A stretch of DNA of 52,661 nucleotides from Mayamaea pseudoterrestris (Eukaryota): assembly GCA_027923505.1 (NCBI GenBank), contig BROI01000026.1, positions 372,001 to 424,661 of the forward strand. Reading direction: 5' to 3'. The position numbers were made by a program, and so were the translations under genes. Below are positions 11,649 to 21,895 of this stretch, one piece after another; within the stretch, counting starts at the first letter, position 1; each line of letters opens with the position of its first letter. Under the pieces are notes generated by a model. That model searched no databases. It was not told the origin of the DNA and was given only the letters and a program-made list of their open reading frames with translations.

Positions 11649-12509
11649 TTTCTATGATATAATTAGTCAATAGTGCAGCAGTTGGACGACGCAATGGGCA
11701 AGTCGCCGATTCAAAGATGAATCCGACGCTACGAATTGCGTTTCGACTGGCTAAAATTCGGCAAAATTCGCCTTCAGGCGGCACGAAGCAACATAATGTT
11801 GCTTCGCTTGACGCTACCGAAAATCACTCATCCACGACCAACATGGCGGCCATGCCAGCCTTTACAGCTCTATACTACTCTATACTAGTTATCTATCAGT
11901 ATTTTATCCATGTAAATGTAGCAGTTAGAGCATGGAGGATCCATTTTTGCCTCTTGTTTGTTCGTTCCATTGGAACTGCCACGCCGTCAGATAAAGATCC
12001 GGGTTCTGGTGCGATTTTTGTGGTTCGACGCGTAGACGCGCGTAGCGAAACGAGGCTGCAAAAAGTCGCTTCGTGCCGCCTGAAGGCAAATTTTGCCGAA
12101 TTTTAGCCAGTCGAAACGCAATTCGTAGCGCGTTGCACCATGGTGAAGTCTGTCGTTCGTGACTCGCTTGATCCTTAACGCTAACTCTTGAAAGTGGTGG
12201 GGTTATGAGCGCATCACTGACGCGGTTGCGCAGCGCGGGTCGACGACCATGACGAATGATGCTATTGCTGCCGAGCCATCACTCGATCATTCGATTGAAA
12301 GAATCTACTTGCCGTCGTTATTCTCGAGCTGAAGCTGCAGCGCCTCTGTATTCTGTCAGTGACTTGTAAATCGGCGGGCGAGAAACTGTACGGATCGATT
12401 GATAGACTCGCGATATCTTTGCTGTCAAAGAACCAACGAACAATTCAACAGCAAGGCCAAGCGACAGCATATTCTGTACCAAAAGAGACGTCTCGATAGA
12501 AGTAAAAGA

Positions 12510-15227
12510 ATGAAAGCGACAACCATCATGGTGGCGATGAGTGTCATGCGCCTTTCCAAGGCTTTTTCGCCAGCTGGGGTGCGACGCTCGTTCCTTGCGC
12601 AAGCATCAGTTTCGTCGTCGTCATCATTGGCAGCGACAACTAGACTCTACTCTTCTACTTCGACTACATCGACAACGACCGAATCATATAGTAATACAAC
12701 GACTACTACTTCTAATGCTTCACTCCAGCCTCCATCCGCATATCCATTCACTCAAGTGGAAGCCAAGTGGCAAGCCTACTGGGCCAAGCACCAAACCTTC
12801 CAAACACCAGAACGCGACGCGACCAAACCCAAAAAGTACGTGCTCGACATGTTTCCCTATCCCTCCGGCGCCGGTTTGCACGTTGGACATCCGGAGGGAT
12901 ACACGGCGAGCGACATTATGGCGCGATACTGGCGCATGAAGGGCTACCAGGTGCTGCATCCGATTGGATGGGACTCGTTCGGCTTGCCGGCGGAGCAGTT
13001 TGCCATTCAAACCGGCGCCAAGCCGGCGGAAACGACGGCGGCGAACATTGCCAACTTTAAGCGGCAGTTAAAGAAACTGGGCTTCTCGTACGATTGGGAC
13101 AAGGAACTGGCCACGACGGATGTGGAATATGTCAAGTGGACGCAGTGGATCTTTCTGCAACTGTACAAGAAAGGTTTGGCGCAGCAATCAAGTGTGACTG
13201 TGAACTGGTGTCCCGCGTTGGGAACTGTCTTGGCCAATGAGGAAGTCATTAATGGCTTGTCGGAGCGAGGATCGCACCCCGTGCAGCGGTTGCCACTGCG
13301 GCAGTGGGTTTTAAAAATTACCGACTACGCGGATCGACTCGAGGCGGGCTTGGAGGGGCTCGGTTGGCCGGCGGGAACCGTCACGGCGCAGAAACAATGG
13401 ATTGGCAAAAGTTTTGGAACAAACATTCAGTTTGCCGTGGTCAATGAAAATGGAAGCGACAGTGACAATGTGATTGGCGTCTTTACCACGCGCGCCGATA
13501 CGCTCATGGGTGTCACCTACGTGACGCTGGCGCCGGAACATCCACTCGTCTCCAAAATTACAACGCCAGAGCTACAAGACACTGTGAATGCCTACGTTAC
13601 AGAAACATCGTCGCGATCCGATATGGATCGGACCGCCGCCAAGGAAAAGACGGGTCTTTTCACGGGAGCGCATGCAAAGCATCCATTGACGGGCGAACGT
13701 GTACCCATTTGGGTCGGTGACTATGTTCTCGGATCCTACGGAACGGGTGCCGTCATGGCAGTGCCGGCGCATGATGCGCGCGACTTTGAGTTTGCGCGCA
13801 AGTTTGATTTAGATATCAAGTGGGTCGTGGAGCCAAAGGATGGATCGGAATGGAACCGAGATGAAGCATTCACCGAGCACGGCAAGTGCGTGAGCAGCGG
13901 CGAATTTGATGGACTCGCGACGGAGGAAGCCAAGAAGGCAGTCACCAAGAGACTCATGGAGATGAACATGGGTGGATCGCAAATTACCTACAAACTCCGC
14001 GACTGGGTCTTTTCTCGCCAACGCTACTGGGGCGAACCCATACCCATATACTTTCCCATCAAGTTTGCAGATGGAGTAGATCCAACGGCCGTAACGGATC
14101 CGAATTTGGAAGAAATGACAATCTGCTACGACCAGCCAATACCAGTTGATGCATCCGAGCTGCCACTGAAACTGCCAGAGATGGATAATTTCCAACCAGG
14201 CGATGACCCAGCCGGATGCTTAGCGCGAGCAAAGGAATGGCGTTTCTTTCAAAAGGACGGCACGTGGTTTGCACGTGAGACAAACACCATGCCGCAATGG
14301 GCAGGTAGCTGCTGGTACTACCTGCGATTCACGGACACAAACAACAATGAGGAAGCGTTTAGCGCCAAGGCTGACGCTGACTGGCTCCCAGTCGACCTCT
14401 ACGTGGGTGGTGCGGAGCATGCAGTGTTGCATCTTCTATACGCTCGGTTTTGGCATCAAGTCTTGTTCGATCTGGGACATACTAAACATAAGGAGCCGTT
14501 TACCAAACTGATTCACCAGGGAATGATTCTTGGTAGCGACGGCGAAAAAATGTCAAAGAGTCGAGGGAATGTTGTTAATCCAGACGATATTGTAACAACA
14601 AGCGGTGGAGACGCTCTCCGTCTATACGAAATGTTTATGGGGCCTCTTGACGCTGTCAAACCGTGGCAGACAAGCCAAGTTTCTGGTGTTGTTCGATTTA
14701 TGAACAAGGCTTACAACGTAATTAGAACAGCGATAGCGACAAAGAATGCAGACATGAGCAATGAGACACTTCGACTGATGCACAAGACCATGAAAAAGGT
14801 CACGGAAGATATTGATTCCATGTCCTTTAACACTGCTATCTCGGCGCTGATGGTGTTTACAAATCATCTTCAATCACTTGGCGATAATGTGCCATTAGAA
14901 GCTGCGGAGAAGCTTGCACTTATGGTTTCCCCATTTGCGCCGCATTTTGGTGAGGAGTGCTGGAGCTTGCTTGGCAACCAAGAGTCTCTCGCCTACCATC
15001 CATGGATCGATTACAATGAAGAGCTGTGTATAGACAATGAGATAGCAATGGGAGTTCAGGTAAACGGCAAGACTCGCGGCGAAATCATGATCGCCCGAGA
15101 TGCTGATCAAGTGACGGCCATGACTGCTGCGCAAGCGATTGAAAAAATAAAAGCGCAGCTGGACGGGAAAGATATAAAGAAAATTATATACGTTCCAGGA
15201 AGGATTCTTAACATAATAGCGAAGTAA
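12510..15227 (+). CDS. leuS: Leucyl-tRNA synthetase, bacterial/organellar type, with N-terminal targeting presequence
   Basis: MFPYPSGAGLHVGH (HIGH), KMSKS and editing-domain motifs (TTRADT, GTGAVMAVPAHD). Presequence MKATTIMVAMSVMRLSKA-FSP followed by a Ser/Thr-rich transit region. Confidence 0.97.
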   Translation: MKATTIMVAMSVMRLSKAFSPAGVRRSFLAQASVSSSSSLAATTRLYSSTSTTSTTTESYSNTTTTTSNASLQPPSAYPFTQVEAKWQAYWAKHQTFQTPERDATKPKKYVLDMFPYPSGAGLHVGHPEGYTASDIMARYWRMKGYQVLHPIGWDSFGLPAEQFAIQTGAKPAETTAANIANFKRQLKKLGFSYDWDKELATTDVEYVKWTQWIFLQLYKKGLAQQSSVTVNWCPALGTVLANEEVINGLSERGSHPVQRLPLRQWVLKITDYADRLEAGLEGLGWPAGTVTAQKQWIGKSFGTNIQFAVVNENGSDSDNVIGVFTTRADTLMGVTYVTLAPEHPLVSKITTPELQDTVNAYVTETSSRSDMDRTAAKEKTGLFTGAHAKHPLTGERVPIWVGDYVLGSYGTGAVMAVPAHDARDFEFARKFDLDIKWVVEPKDGSEWNRDEAFTEHGKCVSSGEFDGLATEEAKKAVTKRLMEMNMGGSQITYKLRDWVFSRQRYWGEPIPIYFPIKFADGVDPTAVTDPNLEEMTICYDQPIPVDASELPLKLPEMDNFQPGDDPAGCLARAKEWRFFQKDGTWFARETNTMPQWAGSCWYYLRFTDTNNNEEAFSAKADADWLPVDLYVGGAEHAVLHLLYARFWHQVLFDLGHTKHKEPFTKLIHQGMILGSDGEKMSKSRGNVVNPDDIVTTSGGDALRLYEMFMGPLDAVKPWQTSQVSGVVRFMNKAYNVIRTAIATKNADMSNETLRLMHKTMKKVTEDIDSMSFNTAISALMVFTNHLQSLGDNVPLEAAEKLALMVSPFAPHFGEECWSLLGNQESLAYHPWIDYNEELCIDNEIAMGVQVNGKTRGEIMIARDADQVTAMTAAQAIEKIKAQLDGKDIKKIIYVPGRILNIIAK

Positions 15228-15307
15228 GTTACAGTTTACGCTATCTCCTCTTAAAGCGGAAAAAGTTTCCGATTTGGTCTTGCCGCAATCACGCGAATAA
15301 CATCCTT

Positions 15308-17122
15308 CTATATTTCTGGCACGATATTCAGTATAACCTGCTTCACCGTTTGCTTCTGCGACCCGCTGTGCATCAAACAAAAATTGACAAGCGAGGTCAG
15401 CAGTCGATCATGGTCCGCTAGAGGCTTCTTGTTCTCTGCGCATTCCATGAGGCGGAGAACAATGTCTATGGCATTTGTACGTGAAATTTCTGTCTCGGGT
15501 CCGACCGAGCCGAGTAGGATGGAGATGCAATCGAGGTACGGCGATGATAGTAGCAAACTAGATTGATTCATTGCAGATGCAGATACAGGATGTGCAGTCA
15601 AGGTCAGATGCAGCAGCAGCTCCGAGATTTGCAGATGAAAAGCAGGTTCTGTTGCGTTTCGCTCAAGAACTTGCTGTATTCGGCAGAGATGCGTGGAAGA
15701 AAGTTCCGATGAATTTGGATCTGAATGGTTGTGCACCAGACACATACGAAATGTTTCGCATGCCGCGACAGTGAGCTTGTCTGCGCTGATGCTGCTGCAG
15801 CTGTCGTTTACAGCGATCGGGTCAGCGATGACATGTGCCAACGCCTTTATTAAAGTTTCATAGACAGTATTCTGGTCGTCATCACCTATTGACTCATGCG
15901 TTATAAGTGCAGATAGAGTCTGACAAGCCTGGCATTGAATCTCTGGTCCATCGTGACGATTGCGCAGAATTTCCAGCAGCACGTGCGGCAATGGCAATTC
16001 CTCAGCGCCGTTGGCCGATTGTTTTATGAAACTCCGCCCCCAGTCGCAGGTTGCCAAGCATCGCATGGTGCGAATTGAGCGTCGTCGAATATCCTCGTCC
16101 CGCTCATTCTGCAACACGTCAAGCAGTCTGGGGACGAGCCATACCTGCTGTATCAGCAGCCCGGGTGGCCGCTCAATGTCTGCCTTTGACGTCCAAGCAG
16201 CCACCATAGTGCCAACGACAGACATGGCTTGTCGTCGAATTGTTATGTTGCTACTGGCCGGCGATCTTTGCTGTTGCTGTTGCAGATTGTTATTTAAAAC
16301 CTTCGTCGTCGTCTTCGTCCCTCTTCTCTGCAGCATATATTGAAGGGCTTGCCAAGTCTCTGGACTTGATTCCGCCATGCTACGCCCAAGCCTATCCACC
16401 GTGGCCCAATTCCAGAGTACGTTCGAAGCTGCTTCCATCATCGTCAGTGATGCTTCTTGCTGTTTCCGACAATCCAGAACCATCTCGAGCAAATGATTGT
16501 GCATATACTCCTTGTCCGTATCACTCGCTCGATTGGACAGGTCTTTGATCAACCCGATCAAAGATAATCTCATCGTGTTGTCGATGAATCGAGGTGCTGA
16601 TTGTGTTGATGAGTTTAAGATCCAAAATTGTGATAGCCAAGTGACAAGATTGGTCGAACGTATGAGATACTTTTTGATAGTTGATTGTTTTACTTGCGCC
16701 CATAGTCGGAAAATCTGCACAATAGACTGCAACTGCGTATCATGTTCATGCTGCTCGAGTATTAAAGCCTTTCGCGCAAGGAACTTCCAGGCCTGCAGAT
16801 ACCAAGGTAAATAGTTGATCAATTGCGAAAAGGATTGCTCTCGTCGTTCCTGCGATGAACCGGTCCATAGCATGCAGAGACAATCGCAAACGCCAGTAAT
16901 TATGTGTACATTGATACATTCTGTTGATTGCTGAAGGTCGTAGCTCAGTTGCCACGATAATTTTCGGTCCAGCTGCTGCTCCAATCCGACATGACATCGA
17001 CTTGTGATCGAGTCGTCGTCGTCCGTTCTAGACAAGAGCTTTCGGAGCGATCGAAAAGCATTCATCCGCTCCTGTGGATATTGATCATAACAAATTTCTG
17101 GTTGAAAGAGGCGAGACCGCAT
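15308..17122 (-). CDS. Hypothetical alpha-helical (ARM/HEAT-like) protein, 604 aa
   Basis: 1.8-kb ORF with Leu-rich helical repeats (ASNVLWNWA, LVPRLLDVL, ACQTLSAL). Family not recognised. Confidence 0.7.
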   Translation of the reverse strand: MRSRLFQPEICYDQYPQERMNAFRSLRKLLSRTDDDDSITSRCHVGLEQQLDRKLSWQLSYDLQQSTECINVHIITGVCDCLCMLWTGSSQERREQSFSQLINYLPWYLQAWKFLARKALILEQHEHDTQLQSIVQIFRLWAQVKQSTIKKYLIRSTNLVTWLSQFWILNSSTQSAPRFIDNTMRLSLIGLIKDLSNRASDTDKEYMHNHLLEMVLDCRKQQEASLTMMEAASNVLWNWATVDRLGRSMAESSPETWQALQYMLQRRGTKTTTKVLNNNLQQQQQRSPASSNITIRRQAMSVVGTMVAAWTSKADIERPPGLLIQQVWLVPRLLDVLQNERDEDIRRRSIRTMRCLATCDWGRSFIKQSANGAEELPLPHVLLEILRNRHDGPEIQCQACQTLSALITHESIGDDDQNTVYETLIKALAHVIADPIAVNDSCSSISADKLTVAACETFRMCLVHNHSDPNSSELSSTHLCRIQQVLERNATEPAFHLQISELLLHLTLTAHPVSASAMNQSSLLLSSPYLDCISILLGSVGPETEISRTNAIDIVLRLMECAENKKPLADHDRLLTSLVNFCLMHSGSQKQTVKQVILNIVPEI

Positions 17123-17487
17123 TTGTGAGTCGGTCTTTTCAGTTAAATCTATCGCAGTCTCCTATCAAGCAGCATCATTCATCTCGTAAGTTACTCACGA
17201 TGCATCAAGTGCCCCATCATGACGACCTGCTGATCTCCTCTCGAATGGTTCATTCGTTCTGATGCTCTTATCTCCATTGGATAGTCAATATAGCAATCAG
17301 CTGCTTCAAAGTCGCCGTTGATCCTCCCATAATCCTGCATTTTTTCGAATCGCAAAATGTGACGCCCATGGTCGTTACCTTGGTCGGCAAGGTCGGCTGG
17401 CGCTTCGAAGTATCCTTCCGGTACTCGATGACGTAGAACACGATTTGGTTTTGCGCGTTCATCGCGAAACGTTTCACTCGCTCCACC

Positions 17488-19188
17488 ATGGCAGCAACCA
17501 TTCCTTGTCATGCAGCAAGAATTAGCATGAGAGCTCTTTCCTCTCTACAATGGTTTCTGGCAGCATCATCGATATGTCGCATTGATGGTTTCAGCTTCAG
17601 TAGCACCAAAAAGTACCAAAGACGCCCGGCCATTCGGTGTCGTCGGCATGATGGTCCATCGGCATATCATCCATTTTCTACTTTTCCAAGATGCTTTTCT
17701 ACAACATCGATTTCATTTTCGAGTAAAGAACAAACTCCTGAAGAGTCTAGAATGACTCGCGACTGTCTCAATATTCTACAATCAGCAATACGCGCCGTTG
17801 ATCCAGCTACTGCCATTCGAACGCACCTTCAAAAGCATGACGCATCCAACAAGAGCTTCAAGATCGGCGATCGACTGTACGATTTAGATAGCTATGAACA
17901 AATATTATTAATTGGTTTCGGCAAGGCGTCATCGGCCATGGCAGTTGCCGTCTTGGAGCAGCTACAGCAAAACGATATTGAGATTAACAGAATATCCGGC
18001 CTCATCATTGTCAAGGATGGTCATGCAACATTCCAAGAGCAAGAGACTTTGGCGCGATACAATGTAATAGTACGAGAAACTGGTCATCCAATTCCTGATC
18101 AGCGCTCCGTGGATGCATCCAACGAGTTGCTGGAGCTCGTAACTAGGGTTGACCACCAACACACGTCGAGGCGCTTGATTCTGGCCTGCATTAGCGGCGG
18201 CGGATCATCCCTCTTTTGCGCGCCGCAGCCGCCGCTAACATTAACAGACTTGCAGGATACGAACCAGGTGTTGCTTCAATCCGGATGGCCCATTCAGGAC
18301 ATGAACGTTTTGCGCAAACGACTTGAACGAGGCAAGGGAGGTCGATTGGCGCAAGCATCTTTGGCTGCAACATCAAATGGCAATAGCGACATGGTGAGCT
18401 TGATTTTGAGCGACGTTTTGGGCGATCCGTTGGATTTGATCGCCAGTGGACCGACTGTGCCCGATGGTAGTACGTGGGCGGATGCGTGGAGACTTGTGCA
18501 GGAGCGACTTTCGCCTTCGCAGAGACTAGCACTACCAACTAGCGTCAAAGATTTGCTTCAAAAGGGCATGGATGGCGAGCTGCCAAATTCGCCTTCGAAT
18601 GACGATCCATTCTTTGAACGCTGCCATAATGTTTTGGTTGGTAACAACGAGGCAGCCGTCATGGCGGCGGCCGCGAAAGCCATGGAGCTTGGCTACCAAC
18701 CACTAGTACTTGGCACGCGCGTTACTGGTGAGGCCAGTCATGTCGCCAGGACTTTGGTGAACGTGGCGCAGCATGTTCGACAAGGTCCGCCTGCCTACAA
18801 CTTGGCGCATCCTCCGGCAGCTCTAATTTGTGGAGGAGAAACGACAGTCACGATACCGCAAGGCTGCACGGGCTTGGGTGGGCGCAACCAGGAAATGGCT
18901 TTAGCAGCGGCGCTGGCATTGAAGGAGGCTAAACTGCGACAGATTGTTTTCTCAAGCGTTGGTACCGATGGAACGGACGGGCCGACTGATGCCGCTGGCG
19001 CGATTGTGGACGGCAATACAATCGACAGGTTAAGAGGCGATGCGGCGCAAGCGTTAGCAAACCATGATGCGTACACCTACCTTGCGCAGACCGACGATAA
19101 TGGTTTGTCCCCGCTTGTAAAAACTGGTCCTACGGGTACAAATGTTGCGGATGTTACCGTCATACTTATTGACAGCAAGGAAGGTTGA
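17488..19188 (+). CDS. Class II glycerate kinase (GLYCTK/TtuD, MOFRL domain) with N-terminal presequence
   Basis: IGFGKAS, GHPIPD, ISGGGSSL, KGGRLA, SDVLGD..DLIASGPT, GGETTV, GGRNQE, GTDGTDGPTDAAGA and TGPTGTNVAD motifs. Confidence 0.93.
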   Translation: MAATIPCHAARISMRALSSLQWFLAASSICRIDGFSFSSTKKYQRRPAIRCRRHDGPSAYHPFSTFPRCFSTTSISFSSKEQTPEESRMTRDCLNILQSAIRAVDPATAIRTHLQKHDASNKSFKIGDRLYDLDSYEQILLIGFGKASSAMAVAVLEQLQQNDIEINRISGLIIVKDGHATFQEQETLARYNVIVRETGHPIPDQRSVDASNELLELVTRVDHQHTSRRLILACISGGGSSLFCAPQPPLTLTDLQDTNQVLLQSGWPIQDMNVLRKRLERGKGGRLAQASLAATSNGNSDMVSLILSDVLGDPLDLIASGPTVPDGSTWADAWRLVQERLSPSQRLALPTSVKDLLQKGMDGELPNSPSNDDPFFERCHNVLVGNNEAAVMAAAAKAMELGYQPLVLGTRVTGEASHVARTLVNVAQHVRQGPPAYNLAHPPAALICGGETTVTIPQGCTGLGGRNQEMALAAALALKEAKLRQIVFSSVGTDGTDGPTDAAGAIVDGNTIDRLRGDAAQALANHDAYTYLAQTDDNGLSPLVKTGPTGTNVADVTVILIDSKEG

Positions 19189-19205
19189 CTATTACAAATG
19201 ACAAT

Positions 19206-21539
19206 CTACTTGCTATAGGCATCGAGGGCGGCGAGCTTGGTCTTCATAATATCTTTTTCTACCTTGGCAACCATCCCATCGACGCTATCACCACGGCACT
19301 TCCACATGGCAAGAATCATCTTCTCGCCATGGCGCTCCGCAAATCCATCCAAAATGATTATAAAAGATCCAGTTGTCAGCTCCTTCATTTCATCATGGAA
19401 ATTCGAGGAGAACGCCGATAAGTGAGTGGTCTCCTTTTGGTTTAAGCAAATGTCAAAGTCTTCCCGAGAAACCACGAATTTTCGCTTGGACATGAAGGGC
19501 GCAAGAAAGTGTGCACCCTCTTGGCACAAACGATACGAGACTTCGCTGAACTTGGAATTCCGAGTAAATCCTTTTAGTCCAGTGTTAATCATAGTGAGTT
19601 TCGTTTGAAACCCTTGGTCAATAATTTCCTTTACAGTAGGCGCAACGTAGTAAATAATCTTGGCATCACCCGTTGCCCTTGTCATGTACAAGTCGCGACG
19701 AAACCCAGGCAACGTCAAACCATAAAAGTCAATTATTGCATTTATCACATCGTCATCGACAGGCGAAAAATCATCCTTTCTAAATTCTGTAACGGCTTTT
19801 CCATCCTTTCCCCTGACTGGTCCACGAATTGGCTTGTTCTCGTCGTCAAGCATGTCGAGATCTGCATCGTCATCACCCGCGTCATCTTCCTGTGGCGCGC
19901 CAACATCATCCTCGTCATCCTCAACTGGCGCGACATCATCCGTCTTGACTCGCTTCGCAGCAGGACTTGTTGCTTCAGCCGTCGCTTCATTGACAGCTCT
20001 ACGATCCCTCGCACTCATAATATCCTTCTTCCGGAGCAAGGCAATGAAGAAACCCCCCGTGTCGTTATCTTGCGGAAATGCTCGAATACATCGTTCCAAG
20101 TGAAAAGACTTTGCTTCGTCCTCCGTCGGTGAGAAAGCGCTTGGGCGAACCCTCTTCTTCATATCATCGGGCACATCATCATGTGTTTCGAAGAACGACA
20201 ATCCAGCAGACTTGGCCATTTCCAAAATCGCAGCATCGTCCGCCATGCATGTTGGCTCATACTTGACACGGTTGGGTACAACGGGAAACGGAGCAGGCGT
20301 CTTTTCATCCGCCGGTGCCTCGGCAGATGCAGCACCCTCATCCGCCTCAGCAGACTCCTTTTGCTTGGCTTCCCACTCCTTCTTTCGCTCCTGCACCTTG
20401 GCGCAAGTCTTTTTGTACTCGTTCATCATGTCGCGCCGACTCTTGGGTTCGCAAAAGACCTTCCAATCCGACATGCCTGGTCGCGTTCTAAAGCCATTCA
20501 AACTGATTACCATTAACTCGAGCTTTCCTTCCGACCGTCGCAGCAACTCGGCGACAACAGCTTCATTCTCAATCGGATTGAACGAGCACGTCGAGTAGCA
20601 CAAGTGACCTCCCACCTTTAATAGTTGCGCACACGCCTTCCATGAGATATCCACTTGCAACGAATGCATTCCAAACGCTGCCAATTGACTCCATCGCTTC
20701 CATATCCCAATATTCTTTCGCGTCGTGGCATCGCCACTGCACGGCACATCACACAGAATGGAATCAAACTGCAGTGGCGCCGCCGGAAAGAACTGCGCGT
20801 TGCAGTTGGTAATCATGCAGACTGGATTGTTGTGCAGTATGCGTCGCAGCTGCGTCACCAGCATGTGCGCGCGCTGCCAATTGGCGTCGTTGGCCACCAT
20901 GAAACCGTTTGGTCCCAGCGCCTCCAGCAACTGCGACGCCTTGCTGCCCGGTGCGGCGCACAAGTCGGCCACGCAGTGTGACGGTTGCACGTTTAGCACG
21001 ACGGGTGGAATCATGCTGACCGTTTCCTGCCGCGAAATGAAGCCAGCGTCCGTCTTTTCCTTGAGCCAGTGGTGCAGCTTCTCTAGTGCCGGATGCTTGC
21101 GAATCGTGGTGCGATCCAAACTAAACTGGTAGGCGCCCGGCAGGAACGGAATGGCTTGAATGACCGGTTTCGTCGAGTTTTCGGCCTTGCATTCCAAAGC
21201 GAGCTGTTCGATTTCTCCTTTGATATGCTGCTGAATATTGATTGGAACGTCCTTGGCGATGCGAAAGGAGGCTGGCAGTGCCGATCCAATTGTTTTGCGC
21301 CACAGCAAGCGCTCATTGTTGCGTTCCTCGTGCGTCTCACACGCAATTAGCCTGCTACTTGTCTCATCATCATATCTACTATTAAACAATCCTTGAGCAG
21401 CATAGTAGGCTTCAAACTTGAAGTTTCCTTGGTCGACAACGGTGCTCACGTAGTTTCTTCCTCCGTCCTGTTGCTGATGGTCTTTGCCTTTGCCGTGTGG
21501 ACGACGGTCCTTCTTGCTGCGGTTCCACTTTTTTGCCAT
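19206..21539 (-). CDS. NSUN2: tRNA (cytosine-C5) methyltransferase, NSUN2/Trm4 family
   Basis: RQETVSMIPP, DLCAAPGSK, LCDVPCSGD, YSTCSFNPIENEAVV and PQDNDTGGFFIA motifs. Confidence 0.93.
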   Translation of the reverse strand: MAKKWNRSKKDRRPHGKGKDHQQQDGGRNYVSTVVDQGNFKFEAYYAAQGLFNSRYDDETSSRLIACETHEERNNERLLWRKTIGSALPASFRIAKDVPINIQQHIKGEIEQLALECKAENSTKPVIQAIPFLPGAYQFSLDRTTIRKHPALEKLHHWLKEKTDAGFISRQETVSMIPPVVLNVQPSHCVADLCAAPGSKASQLLEALGPNGFMVANDANWQRAHMLVTQLRRILHNNPVCMITNCNAQFFPAAPLQFDSILCDVPCSGDATTRKNIGIWKRWSQLAAFGMHSLQVDISWKACAQLLKVGGHLCYSTCSFNPIENEAVVAELLRRSEGKLELMVISLNGFRTRPGMSDWKVFCEPKSRRDMMNEYKKTCAKVQERKKEWEAKQKESAEADEGAASAEAPADEKTPAPFPVVPNRVKYEPTCMADDAAILEMAKSAGLSFFETHDDVPDDMKKRVRPSAFSPTEDEAKSFHLERCIRAFPQDNDTGGFFIALLRKKDIMSARDRRAVNEATAEATSPAAKRVKTDDVAPVEDDEDDVGAPQEDDAGDDDADLDMLDDENKPIRGPVRGKDGKAVTEFRKDDFSPVDDDVINAIIDFYGLTLPGFRRDLYMTRATGDAKIIYYVAPTVKEIIDQGFQTKLTMINTGLKGFTRNSKFSEVSYRLCQEGAHFLAPFMSKRKFVVSREDFDICLNQKETTHLSAFSSNFHDEMKELTTGSFIIILDGFAERHGEKMILAMWKCRGDSVDGMVAKVEKDIMKTKLAALDAYSK

Positions 21540-21895
21540 GCTGTGAATTTAAAGCCGAATTTATGATTCACTGTCTGCTTTACTCAGACGAGGCGATACA
21601 ATTTACTTTGCTTACTGGACAGACTACCCGATCTGCTTTTGAATGTGAAGATCCTCATTTTCGAAGCAATGAAGGGCTGTGACAAAATGTCGCAGCGAGA
21701 ATTAATGGGAGAAAAGACTTCAACTTCTTGTCTGCTTGACTGGACGACGTTCATCAACCTTCTTGCCGACGGTAAGCATCATACTTTCCAATTCTCTGAA
21801 TCCTGATATTGGACTATTCTATAAATACTTCGAGTGTCTTGGCAGCGAACGCTTCGCTGCTTGCACCAATCATTATTATATCATCATATCACATT

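Noticed and set aside
11717..12106. 129-aa ORF between the E3 ligase and LeuRS
   Set aside because: No recognisable motifs, and it lies in a divergent promoter region; probably spurious.
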